Shown here: positions 9,923 through 19,300 of the stretch, in pieces
Layout: every line of letters starts with the position of its first letter
Position numbering within the stretch: position 1 is the stretch's first letter
NCBI GenBank assembly: GCA_043753995.1
Contig: JAYUVP010000274.1
Location: forward strand, 1 to 39,886
Length of the DNA: 39,886 bases
From: Fibrobacterota bacterium
GTDB lineage: Bacteria > Fibrobacterota > Fibrobacteria > UBA11236
Reading direction: 5' to 3'
Notes under the pieces: model-generated
Told to the model about the DNA's origin: nothing
What the model saw: the letters and a program-made list of their open reading frames with translations, nothing else
Database searches by the model: none
Program-made: the position numbers and the translations under genes

Positions 9923-10041
9923 GTATTCCTAAATAGCGGTTGCGTTATTCATCCGAATAGCGCGCCCTCGTGCGCCTTGTCTCCGTCTTTTTCGCTCGCC
10001 CTTCACCAACGGGTGGCGTTTTCAATCCCTGTCCCCCCCGT

Positions 10042-10317
10042 TCGAGGGGGTAGGGCGAGACCCCGCAGGCGCGGATTTCTCCAAGGCAATGCCATCCGGC
10101 GTGTGACCCACAGGGGAAGGCCGCGCCCCAACGCCGAGTCCCGTGGCCAAGTCCAGGGGTGGCGGTGGAGACCTGAAAAAGGGCTCGCTCCGCAGGCCGA
10201 TGACTACCGGGCTAGGCCATTCGGCCGAGGACCCGCGAGCTTTTTTTCACGGCCGCAACATCAGCCACCCCGTCAAGCGTCGAGGAGGCTCGACCGAGGG
10301 GGGAGGCTTCCCCCAAC
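10042..10317 (+). repeat. About 275-bp structured repeat, copy 1
   Basis: Aligns with the reverse complement of 36554-36826, strongest over 10155-10317; ends immediately at the zwf stop codon. Confidence 0.9.
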
Positions 10318-11847
10318 TTATGGACACACGTTGTCCCAGCGCGAAAAATCAATCCAATCCGCTTTTTCTTCGGCGGGCAAGAAAATTTCCGAAGCCTCGA
10401 CGGGGCCATCGGAGCCGCCTTGATAATTCGGAAAGCTCGCACCGGCGGGGGTTTGCGACCAGTGCGTTAAAATCGGATCGAGGTATTTCCAGGAGAGTTC
10501 ACTTTCATCGCTGCGCACGAAAAGCGTGGGGTCGCCTAGTACGGCATCGAGAAGCAGGCGCTCATAGGCGTCAGCCGTCGTGTCAAAGTGATCGCTGTAG
10601 CAAAAGTTCATAGAAGTATCGGAAAGATCGAAGCTCTGCCCAGGATTCTTACTCGTCAATTCGAGTAGGATGGCTTCTTGCGGCTGAATTTTGAAAACGA
10701 TGCGATTGCTATTCACCCCGGGAGCCGTGGCATTGAAAAGCAGCTTGGGCATTTTCTTGAAAGTGACCACGACTTCAATGCCTTTGCGCGTCATGCGCTT
10801 TCCGGAACGCAAGTAAAAGGGAACGCCGGCCCAGCGAGGATTGTCGACATGCATGCGCAAGGCGACGAAGGTTTCGGTACTGCTTTCCGGGCCTACGCCT
10901 TTCTCTTCGCGATAACCCAAGGTCGGCTGGCCTTTGGACTCGCCCGGCCCGTATTGGCCGCGCACGGCCATGGGAGGTTGGGCATGGATGTCCAAGGGGC
11001 GCAAGGCGCGCAAGACTTTCACTTTTTCATCGCGTATCGCGTCGGCCGACAAATTGACTGGAGGCTCCATGGTCACCAGGCTGAAAATCTGCATGAGATG
11101 GTTTTGCACCATATCGCGCAAAATGCCGCTCTTGTCGAAGTAAGCGGCGCGATCGTCGCAGCCTATGGATTCAGCGCCATTGATTTGCACATGCTCGATA
11201 TAGTGGCGATTCCAAATCGGATCGAAAACCGTATTGGCGAAACGGAAGACGAGCAGGTTTTGCACCGCTTCTTTTCCGAGATAATGATCGATACGATAGA
11301 TTTGCTTTTCCGCGAAGCAGGCCAGCAAGTTTTCATTGAGGCATATGGCGCTGCCGATATCGCGGCCATAGGGTTTTTCCACGACGAGACGGCTCCAATT
11401 GGGGCCTTTGGGCGGATAGACGAGACCGCCATCCTTCAAGGCGCGGGCCACCTCTTCATATCCCTGCGGGGGAATGGCGAGGTAAAACAGATAATTCGGA
11501 GGCAGGCCCGATTCGCGGCAAGTCTGCTCGCAGGTTTCCTTGAGTTTCTGTATGCCTTCTGGACTGTAATCGGTTTGCAGATAAACGAAATGCGAGCCGA
11601 ATTCTTCTGGGTATTTGCCCATGTTCAGCAATTCATCGATGGTCATGGCTTTGCGGCCCACGGCGATGATTTTGAAATTCTCAGGCATTTGCTTTTTAGC
11701 CATGAGATTGCCCAAGGCCGGGAAAAGTTTGCGCTTGGCCAAATCGCCCGATCCGCCAAAGATGACGAGCAAGCAATCTTGAGGCTTTCCTCGATTGTTG
11801 AAAAAGTTCGAGGATGACCGGGTTTTTTCATCAACGCTGAACTGCAT
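10318..11847 (-). CDS. zwf: Glucose-6-phosphate 1-dehydrogenase
   Basis: 'IFGGSGDLAKRKLFPAL', 'VEKPYG', 'RIDHYLGKE', 'RDMVQNHL', 'WAGVPFYLRSGK'; ATG at 11847 (track start is TTG at 11862). Confidence 0.97.
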   Translation of the reverse strand: MQFSVDEKTRSSSNFFNNRGKPQDCLLVIFGGSGDLAKRKLFPALGNLMAKKQMPENFKIIAVGRKAMTIDELLNMGKYPEEFGSHFVYLQTDYSPEGIQKLKETCEQTCRESGLPPNYLFYLAIPPQGYEEVARALKDGGLVYPPKGPNWSRLVVEKPYGRDIGSAICLNENLLACFAEKQIYRIDHYLGKEAVQNLLVFRFANTVFDPIWNRHYIEHVQINGAESIGCDDRAAYFDKSGILRDMVQNHLMQIFSLVTMEPPVNLSADAIRDEKVKVLRALRPLDIHAQPPMAVRGQYGPGESKGQPTLGYREEKGVGPESSTETFVALRMHVDNPRWAGVPFYLRSGKRMTRKGIEVVVTFKKMPKLLFNATAPGVNSNRIVFKIQPQEAILLELTSKNPGQSFDLSDTSMNFCYSDHFDTTADAYERLLLDAVLGDPTLFVRSDESELSWKYLDPILTHWSQTPAGASFPNYQGGSDGPVEASEIFLPAEEKADWIDFSRWDNVCP

Positions 11848-11968
11848 GGCTTGTCTTTCCAAGTGAGGATGTCAAGATGTCAATCTAACTTTTCGAGATT
11901 CTATGTGATCGATTCACGGGGGCCAAGGTTGGTTACCGTTACGCCCTCGCAAGGACTGGATCCGCTTC

Positions 11969-12961
11969 ATGTTTTCCCCGTCTCCTCCAGGTGACTTCCC
12001 CGCTGCCCAGGCACTTCTTGATGCGGCCATGGCGGCGGGAATGCGAAGGCAAACCCTGGGGTTGAATTCGAATGCCTGGCGCATTTTGAATGGAGTGTAC
12101 AGCGAAACACCGGGCATTGCCCTGGATGTTTATGCCGGGCATTTGGTGCTTTTCGCCTACCACCCTTCCATCCGTTCCCTGGCTCCGGCCCTGGCGCAAC
12201 CCCTTTGCCAGGCCCTGGGGGCACAAAGTCTGACCTTGAAGGACCGCACGCAAAAGAGCGAAGCGGGCCGCGAGGATAGTCAATTGCTTTGGGGCGAAGC
12301 TCCTGAAATCGTTTGGGCACAGGAAGGCGCTTTGCGCTATCGCATCGAATTGTCTCATGCCTTCAATGTCGGCCTCTTTCTCGACACGCGACCCGTGCGG
12401 CGCTGGCTGGCAGGGCAAGGCCCCGTGCGCGCCCTCAACTTGTTCAGCTATACATGCAGTTTGGGATTAGCCGCGGCGGCCACCGGAGGGGCCGTCGTCA
12501 ATGTCGATATTTCCAAGCGTTATCTGGCCTGGGGCCGTGAAAATTACCAGGCCAATGGCCTCGACGCGGGTCCAGAATGTTTTCGCGCCATGCCCAGCGA
12601 GCGATTTCTTGATTGGGCTCACTCGAAAGCACAGCGCTATGATGTCGTGATTCTTGATCCTCCCAGTTTTGCCAGGCATGAGGGAAAAACCTTTGCTTTG
12701 CCACGAGACTATCCTCGATTGGCGGGCAAAGCTGCTGCTTTGTTGAATCCGGGAGGGTTTCTCCTGGCCATGACCAATTATGCCGCGGTGAGTCCAGAGA
12801 CATTCAAAGCCTGGCTAATAGACGCCATGCCCCCTTCGGTCATTTCGCCTTCCGATTGGGAGCGAATTCAACCCGATCCGGATTTCGACGTCCCATCGAC
12901 TTGGCGCCGCACCGAAGAAGGTATGCTGATGGGATGGCGCATTCAGGCAAATTCCCGATAA
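11969..12961 (+). CDS. Class I SAM-dependent methyltransferase, RlmI/RlmK-like
   Basis: 'GLFLDTR', 'LNLFSYT', 'NVDISKRYLAWGRENY', 'YDVVILDPPSF'. Confidence 0.85.
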   Translation: MFSPSPPGDFPAAQALLDAAMAAGMRRQTLGLNSNAWRILNGVYSETPGIALDVYAGHLVLFAYHPSIRSLAPALAQPLCQALGAQSLTLKDRTQKSEAGREDSQLLWGEAPEIVWAQEGALRYRIELSHAFNVGLFLDTRPVRRWLAGQGPVRALNLFSYTCSLGLAAAATGGAVVNVDISKRYLAWGRENYQANGLDAGPECFRAMPSERFLDWAHSKAQRYDVVILDPPSFARHEGKTFALPRDYPRLAGKAAALLNPGGFLLAMTNYAAVSPETFKAWLIDAMPPSVISPSDWERIQPDPDFDVPSTWRRTEEGMLMGWRIQANSR

Positions 12962-13021
12962 CCTTAAGAGTTAAAGTAAGGCATTCACTAATGCTAAAAG
13001 TTTCACAAAGCGATTGGGTTT

Positions 13022-14380
13022 TTGGCGAATCAAAGTTTTTGTCGCCCTCAAGAGGATAGTCCCCGCCGCATAAATCACTTTGGATTCTTTATTTTATCGG
13101 AGTTGAGGGGGCCCTATTTGTCTTTTCCTGTCGCCTTAGATGCTCGGCATGTGCTTTTGCCGGTCAACTTGTTTCGGCAAGATGGATCGCGCCTTATGGG
13201 CCCGCTTCCCAAGCTCGGCACGGTTTCGGCCATGGTGGTAGGGCTTACCGGCAAGGGCGTGGTATTTCAGGAAATGCATCCCCTGGCTTTGCGCGCTGGT
13301 GCGACCGAGCCTTTTGACGGCGCTGGTTGGGAATTGCGCAGCTTGCCCGTCGGCATGGGGTATCATGCGTATTACCTCGGTGTGCCGGACACCCTATTTG
13401 TTCCCCGTCCCGAAGGGGATGCCAAAATTCAGGCTCTGAGCCTAGAGGTGATCGGCTCGTCGGTTTTGGGACCGAGCGGAGCCTTTAGCGGTGGTGCTGA
13501 TTTGCATTTGGAGGCTGAAGCGCCCGTGCCTGCGCCCGTGGCCTTAATTCAACTCCTCGAACGCTTTTACCCAGATTTATGGCTCGGCCTCGATCAGGAT
13601 GAATTGGAGTTATTGCGCGACCCGACGGACGGATCTTGGGTTTTATCCATTCCCTTCAGCGGGCATCCTTTGCGCACTCCGCCGCCAGCGCAGTCGCCAC
13701 GCTTTCATCCCCGCATGCATTTGGGTGCGGCCCTGGAAGGATTGCGATCGAAGGACGGCACGGGTTATTGGGTCATACGCGCGGGCTGTTTCCGCGAAGC
13801 CAACGGCCGCTTGGGTCATTGGTTTGGTCAGCGCTTCGGCCCAGTTGGCTGGGCCTTTCGCCGCACCGCGGCGGCCATGGCGCAATCCGTGGCCGACCCC
13901 AACCATCCCGGTTGGCTTTTGTGGTTGCAGCCTGTGGGTGTTCCTGAGAATGCCGTACCCGAGTGGATGGGGCCGCCAGCTATTCGGCATGCAGCCTTGC
14001 ATCAAGCCTTGAGCCGTGGTTTTCTCGCTCCACGTGAACCGCAGCGCGGTCCAGAAGAGGTGCATTTGGCCCTGCTGGCTTTAGAAGGCTTGGCGAAATT
14101 GTGGCTTTTGCATCAGGAAGCCATACTAGCATGGAGGTCTGGCCCCCCCGCCTCGGAATGGCGCAGTGACGACGACGAAGAAAAGGCCTATACCTCGGCT
14201 TCCGGAGATGATTTGCAACAAGTCGCGACGGATTTTATTTCCAAGCACGGCGACGGCCTCCGTGTTTTGGAGCGATTGCAAGAAGAGGAATGGGAAAGCG
14301 CCGCACTTAGGCATCCGGTCGACCGATTGCTTCGGCCCCTAACTGTAAAAGGCCAGAAATCGCCGCAGGGGAAGTCTTGA
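13022..14380 (+). CDS. Hypothetical protein (start uncertain)
   Basis: 452-codon ORF filling the gap; stop overlaps next start (TTGA); no recognisable motif. Confidence 0.6.
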   Translation: MANQSFCRPQEDSPRRINHFGFFILSELRGPYLSFPVALDARHVLLPVNLFRQDGSRLMGPLPKLGTVSAMVVGLTGKGVVFQEMHPLALRAGATEPFDGAGWELRSLPVGMGYHAYYLGVPDTLFVPRPEGDAKIQALSLEVIGSSVLGPSGAFSGGADLHLEAEAPVPAPVALIQLLERFYPDLWLGLDQDELELLRDPTDGSWVLSIPFSGHPLRTPPPAQSPRFHPRMHLGAALEGLRSKDGTGYWVIRAGCFREANGRLGHWFGQRFGPVGWAFRRTAAAMAQSVADPNHPGWLLWLQPVGVPENAVPEWMGPPAIRHAALHQALSRGFLAPREPQRGPEEVHLALLALEGLAKLWLLHQEAILAWRSGPPASEWRSDDDEEKAYTSASGDDLQQVATDFISKHGDGLRVLERLQEEEWESAALRHPVDRLLRPLTVKGQKSPQGKS

Positions 14381-14823
14381 GCTTTCAGGTTTTAGCGGAT
14401 AGCCGCGGTGTGGTCTTGCCTGCCCGCGTCATTCACCCGCCGCAAACGCCTCCGCCGCGCTTGCAAGGTTTGGTCGTGGTGACCGCGCGAGTTTCCGGAT
14501 TGCCTGCGCCTTTCTTCATCGATCGATTGGTGGAAGGCTTGCCCAAGGGGTCGGTGGGCGACACCTGGCGATTCGCATGGCGGCCCGATGGCGATAAGCA
14601 CCTAGCCCTTTGGATTGGATTTCCGGATGTGATTTTCACCACGTCCATCGACTCTATCCAGCGATTGGCTGTCGAGGTCATGGGATATCGCGGCGAAACC
14701 CAGGAAGCGACCTTGCTGGCTCGGTTGGAAGTCAGCTTGCGTCCACGCCGTCACGCTAAACTTTTGCCGCATGAAGCAGCCTGGATGCCGCATCAAAACC
14801 TGCCGCGCCTGCAGGGCCTTTAG
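14377..14823 (+). CDS. Hypothetical protein
   Basis: 148 aa, overlaps upstream ORF by 4 nt, converges 7 bp from the kinase stop. Confidence 0.55.
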   Translation: MSFQVLADSRGVVLPARVIHPPQTPPPRLQGLVVVTARVSGLPAPFFIDRLVEGLPKGSVGDTWRFAWRPDGDKHLALWIGFPDVIFTTSIDSIQRLAVEVMGYRGETQEATLLARLEVSLRPRRHAKLLPHEAAWMPHQNLPRLQGL

Positions 14824-14830
14824 AAAACTT

Positions 14831-17059
14831 TTATTGCAATTCGGCCTTGAGTCCCAAGGCAAAACGGTTTTTCGGATTCATCTCTAAGAGTTTTTCCACC
14901 GCCGCTAAGGCTTCTCTTTTCAGATTCATGTTCTTGTAGGTGACGGCCATGCCGCCGAGGGCGGAAGTGCGTTCCTTGGGCGATAAATCCGTTAACAGCA
15001 GAACTTTTTGATAGACCAAATTCGCATCGGCTAGGCGGCCCAGGTCATTGAAATCGTCGGCCATCTTGAGCCTATCCCGTGCCGTGGCTGGCCATTGCGC
15101 CGCTTTGAACGCCGCATCGATTTCCGTCGCACGTGCCGCCGAAACCTTGCTATTGCCCAGAACCGAAGGCGCAGAGGCCGTTGGGGTGGAAAGGCTTGGG
15201 GCCTGTACGGGAGGCAAGGCTTGCGATGGCTTGGGTTTTGGCGTTTCGGCCGCTGGGGGCGGGGGCGCCGCCGCCGGAATGTCCTTCACCGCATCTTCGT
15301 AGTCGGGAGCTGCGCCTGACGGAGATTCGGGAAAAGGCGGTTGGTCCGCGGCGTTTTGTGGAGGCGGCGGTGAGGGGGTTGTGGGGGTGCTGGGCTCAGA
15401 AGCGATCAATCCCGCATCAGGCAGCAAATCTTGAGTGGCCACCTTGGGCTGAGGTGCAGCTGCCCGAAGAACGAAATACAGCACGACCAGTAAAATCACC
15501 ACACCTAGAGTGGCGACAATGCCGAGAATGAGTGCCATACGCCTTTTGCGGCGCACCAATTCTTGACCGAAATCACCGGTTCGATTGCCATCGGCACCCT
15601 TGAATCCAAATTGCGTCATACCGGTTTCCGAGCCGCTTAATGTCAAGTCAGCGCTGTCTGTCTCTAAGGAAGACATGCGTGCTGGCGGAGGTTGCGGAGG
15701 CGGCTGGGGGGGCTGGTAGGCCGGTCTAGCGGCAGGTGCCGGTGGAAATGGGGACGCTGCCGCCGTGGGAGGCTTGAAGCTGAATTCCGTCGGTGGTTTG
15801 GCGGGCACCGTGGGTTTGGCAAAAAAGTCGGTTCGCACCTTTGGGGCATCCGGTGGGATGCTGCCAAAAAAGGTTTCCGAACCCGATGCAGGGGAAGCCG
15901 AGGCAAAGGGGTCGGCTTTTGGAATCGATCCGAAAAGCGTTGGTTCGCGCATGGGCGCTTCCAAGCTGGAACCAAAGGGATGGGGAGAAGGTTGAAAAGG
16001 CGGGGGCGGCGGTGGGGCGACAAAGGGGCTTTTCGGCGTGGAGAAGAGATCCGTTCCTGAGGCATTGGCCGCCGAGGAAAAAATGTCCGAACCGGATTTG
16101 GCCGCAGGAGGAAAACCGAATTCGGTTGCCGAGGATTTGCGGATAGGCGGCGGTTCGTACGGAGGCGAAAAAGCCGGAGGGGCTTGAAAAGTCGGGGCCG
16201 CAGTATGCGAGACAGGAACGCGTTTGGGAGGTGTGGCTTGCAATCGCTCCAAATAAGGCTGCAAGGTCCACAAGGCTTCGGAAAAGGCTTCTGCCGTGCC
16301 AAAGCGATCCTCGGAATGGGGGTGCATGGCTTTGACTAGAAAGTCTTCGATAACACGGTCAACACGAATGCCTTGTAAGGCTTGATGATTGGCGCGTAAA
16401 TCTTCATTGGGTTGAGCACCGACGACCAGGCGATACATAAGGCCTGCAAGGCTGAATAGATCGGAATTGGGATAAGCGACAAAGCCTGTCGAGCGCGTTT
16501 CCGGAGCGCGATAACCTCGGTATTCAGGCCGCGTCGGCAAACTTTCCGGAATCAAATCGGAAAGGGGGAGGGCGCGAGGGTCGCCATCGACCAATTTCGC
16601 CCCGAGAGGACCAATGATGAGATTGCGGGGGTGAATCCTTAAATGTCGCTGATTTTCGTGTAAATAGGACAGCGTTTGGGCCACTTGCCAAAGTCTTTCC
16701 ATGCCTTGGGTCAGCTTACCTCCTTGGGTATCGCTTTTCTGAGCAAATTCCTCAAAGCTCTCGCCTTCAACGAATTCACGGGCCACAATGACTTGGCCTT
16801 CATGCTCGGTAATTTCAAAGACCTGGGCGAGCCCTTCATTTTGCAAGGTGGTTTGCACGGCGGCCTTGAGAAAAAAATCACCCTCTTCGAGCAGCCTGAG
16901 GCTGATCTCCGGGCGATAGATTTTAAGGCATAGCTTTTGAGAACTGTGATTTTCATTGGCGAGATAGGTGTAACCCGCCGGGGATTCACCGATTTTCGCC
17001 TCGATGAGATAACGTCCGGCAATGTTTTCGCCCATGCGGTATTCTGAACTGCCCGCCAT
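14831..17059 (-). CDS. Membrane-anchored Ser/Thr kinase-like (probable pseudokinase) with Pro-rich linkers and C-terminal TPR-like region
   Basis: SD ggagg; 'GRYLIEAKIG', 'LCLKI', 'REFVEGES', 'YRAPE', 'SDLFSLA', 'EDRF'; one TM helix after RRKRR. Confidence 0.85.
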   Translation of the reverse strand: MAGSSEYRMGENIAGRYLIEAKIGESPAGYTYLANENHSSQKLCLKIYRPEISLRLLEEGDFFLKAAVQTTLQNEGLAQVFEITEHEGQVIVAREFVEGESFEEFAQKSDTQGGKLTQGMERLWQVAQTLSYLHENQRHLRIHPRNLIIGPLGAKLVDGDPRALPLSDLIPESLPTRPEYRGYRAPETRSTGFVAYPNSDLFSLAGLMYRLVVGAQPNEDLRANHQALQGIRVDRVIEDFLVKAMHPHSEDRFGTAEAFSEALWTLQPYLERLQATPPKRVPVSHTAAPTFQAPPAFSPPYEPPPIRKSSATEFGFPPAAKSGSDIFSSAANASGTDLFSTPKSPFVAPPPPPPFQPSPHPFGSSLEAPMREPTLFGSIPKADPFASASPASGSETFFGSIPPDAPKVRTDFFAKPTVPAKPPTEFSFKPPTAAASPFPPAPAARPAYQPPQPPPQPPPARMSSLETDSADLTLSGSETGMTQFGFKGADGNRTGDFGQELVRRKRRMALILGIVATLGVVILLVVLYFVLRAAAPQPKVATQDLLPDAGLIASEPSTPTTPSPPPPQNAADQPPFPESPSGAAPDYEDAVKDIPAAAPPPPAAETPKPKPSQALPPVQAPSLSTPTASAPSVLGNSKVSAARATEIDAAFKAAQWPATARDRLKMADDFNDLGRLADANLVYQKVLLLTDLSPKERTSALGGMAVTYKNMNLKREALAAVEKLLEMNPKNRFALGLKAELQ

Positions 17060-17171
17060 GAAGCCTCCCTGTAGACCCTAACCTAGGGTCCCGCGTTTGC
17101 GAAACATAAAAACCGGGGTGGTATCTTTTAGGGGTGCCTTTTCACTCATTCGACAGGCACTGGAGTTTAGC

Positions 17172-17771
17172 ATGCCCATTCAACGTCCGCTGCAAGCAGG
17201 ATTAAACGAAGCCTTGGCACTTTTGAAGCAAAGCGTCGAAGATCCTAAAACCCTCACCTTCATTGAGGATTCCGCTGCCTTATTGGCGGCTTGCTTCACG
17301 GCAGGCGGCAAAGGTTTAGCCTGTGGCAATGGCGGATCGGCTTGTGACGCCTTGCATTTCGCCGAAGAGTTTACCGGGAGATTTCGGCAAGATCGCAAGG
17401 CCTTGCCCGTGATCCCCCTGATGGAGTCTTCGCATCTCACCTGCGTGGCGAATGACTATGGCTTCGATGCGGTATTCAGTCGTGGGGTGGAGGCCTATGG
17501 CAAGCCAGGGGATGTTTTGCTTGCAATATCCACAAGTGGGAATTCCAAGAATGTGGTTTTGGCCGTGGCGGCAGCCCGCAAAGCGGGGCTCAAAGTCATT
17601 TTGCTTTTAGGAAAAAGCGGTGGTGTATTGAAGGGCCAAGGGGATTTGGAATTGATCGTGGCGAATTCGACTACGGAGCGCATTCAGGAAATTCACATGA
17701 TGGCCCTACATCTCATGATTGAAGGTACGGAGCGCGCCTTATTTCCTGAAAATTATCCGCAAGTGACCTGA
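17172..17771 (+). CDS. gmhA: Phosphoheptose (sedoheptulose-7-phosphate) isomerase
   Basis: 'ACGNGGSACDALHFAEE', 'ANDYGF', 'ISTSGNS', 'RIQEIH'; SD ggag before ATG 17172. Confidence 0.95.
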   Translation: MPIQRPLQAGLNEALALLKQSVEDPKTLTFIEDSAALLAACFTAGGKGLACGNGGSACDALHFAEEFTGRFRQDRKALPVIPLMESSHLTCVANDYGFDAVFSRGVEAYGKPGDVLLAISTSGNSKNVVLAVAAARKAGLKVILLLGKSGGVLKGQGDLELIVANSTTERIQEIHMMALHLMIEGTERALFPENYPQVT

Positions 17772-17902
17772 GGGCGTTGAGTATATTCCCAATGTCCCTA
17801 ATCCTGAGGGCCCTGCGGCTGATCTTTTTTGAGTTTATTGGGAGGCAGAGGACTCGCTCGCGAGTTGAACAATGCGCAGCCTCGGCTTGGTTGCGTTCTT
17901 AT

Positions 17903-19300
17903 ATGACTGTGCCTGGTATTCTTTTTTTCTTCCTAGTCGCTTTGTCCGGTTTCATCGCTCCGTCCGCCTTGGCGGCACCTCCCCCTAAGTCAGTGGCGCG
18001 CGATCCACTAGAGAGGCAAGAAGACTCCTTACAAAGTCTATTGGCCGATCAACCTGACAATGCTGCCCTTTGGGTGACACTCGGCAAGGTTTCGGTGCAG
18101 CGCAGTCAATATGATTTGGCGCGCGGCTATTTCGATGAAGCGATCAAACTCTCCAGTAAAAATGCAGAAACCATACTGGATATCGGCGGTTATTGGCTGA
18201 CTCAAGGGTTGGTGAAATACAGCTTGGTTTACCTCATGCCCAATCTCGGCTTTCTCAATGACGGTCGCATCAGCACCTTTGAAGATGCCTTGGAAAAGGC
18301 CCGACTAAACTCGATTTTACTCACCGTGCTTCGGCATCATATTTCCCGCAAGCCACCTTATTATCCCGTCGTCAAAAAGGCTGCTCAGCTCGCCTATTTG
18401 CAAGGTGATTTCGCCTTATGTCGCAAAGTCTTGTTGGAACGCCACGATCAACTCGACTATGAGGGTGGACGCAATTTGCTATTGGTCAATATTCATCTGA
18501 ATGACACCCTTCCTCCCAAGATCATTGCTGCTTTGGCGCGAAAATTCCCTCAGCCCGAAGTATCCATGCTTGCCAATATCAATTATGCCCTAGCCGGCCG
18601 TTGGAGCGAGGTCAGTGACTATTTGAACAAAGAAGCGAAATCGGCCAGTTATCGTGACCTTTACCTTTATCTGAAAGGCAAGGTGGCTAATAGCGAGGAC
18701 AAAATTGATTTGGCTGCCGAAGATTTTGAGCGCGCCGCCGACACCACGCGATGGGAAGAAATGAAGTCGTTGATTCAGTCCGAACTTTATCATCTGTATT
18801 CATCCACCGGCAATAAATACAAGGCGGACCAGCTTTGGGAGGCCTTAAAAGAACAAGCGACGACACCTTTGCGTCAGGAATACATGGCCCGCCATCTCGA
18901 TGTGAGGGGCTATGAAAAGCAGGCCCGCTATTATTGGCGATCGTTATTGCGCAAAAGCCCGGGCCAATTACAGGCCATCAAGGCCCTGTGGGAAGAGTTG
19001 AATGACGAAGAAAATATGGCTTGGCTGCAAGAAAATGTGAAAGCCATTTTGGCCGAAGATCCCTATTCCTGCGAAGGCAATGGCCTAGCGATGAACTTTC
19101 ACGCCAAGCGTCGTAATGATCGGGAATTGGTGCCTTATGGCCGCAATGTGGCACTTTATTGCCATGATCCGGTGGATGCCTATTTGACCTTGGCCTCGGC
19201 CCTGGCCAGTTTGAGCAAGCCCGAGGAAGCCCGCACTTTTTACGCGAAATACGTGAAACGTGGCGGCGATATCAATCGCGTGCCGACGAATTTTCGCTGA
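17903..19300 (+). CDS. Exported tetratricopeptide-repeat protein
   Basis: Signal-peptide-like N-terminus from ATG 17903 (ORF open from 17777); TPR-like 'PDNAALWVTLG..Y..A..YFDEAIKL' and 'DAYLTLA..EEARTFY'. Confidence 0.75.
   Translation: MTVPGILFFFLVALSGFIAPSALAAPPPKSVARDPLERQEDSLQSLLADQPDNAALWVTLGKVSVQRSQYDLARGYFDEAIKLSSKNAETILDIGGYWLTQGLVKYSLVYLMPNLGFLNDGRISTFEDALEKARLNSILLTVLRHHISRKPPYYPVVKKAAQLAYLQGDFALCRKVLLERHDQLDYEGGRNLLLVNIHLNDTLPPKIIAALARKFPQPEVSMLANINYALAGRWSEVSDYLNKEAKSASYRDLYLYLKGKVANSEDKIDLAAEDFERAADTTRWEEMKSLIQSELYHLYSSTGNKYKADQLWEALKEQATTPLRQEYMARHLDVRGYEKQARYYWRSLLRKSPGQLQAIKALWEELNDEENMAWLQENVKAILAEDPYSCEGNGLAMNFHAKRRNDRELVPYGRNVALYCHDPVDAYLTLASALASLSKPEEARTFYAKYVKRGGDINRVPTNFR

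Noticed and set aside
10042..10317. Repeat as RNase P RNA, tmRNA, SRP RNA, tRNA or integron attC
   Set aside because: No hallmark motifs seen (GAGGAAAGUCC, T-loop plus CCA end, RYYYAAC/GTTRRRY ends), and multiple diverged copies
9977..10613. ORFs 9977-10423 and 10143-10613, and 36236-36670 and 36507-37112, which share peptides such as GWRWRPEKGLAPQA
   Set aside because: The similarity comes from the DNA repeat; indels shift frames between copies and most overlap real genes on the opposite strand
10678..11817. 379-aa ORF antisense to zwf
   Set aside because: Shadow ORF with no recognisable domain
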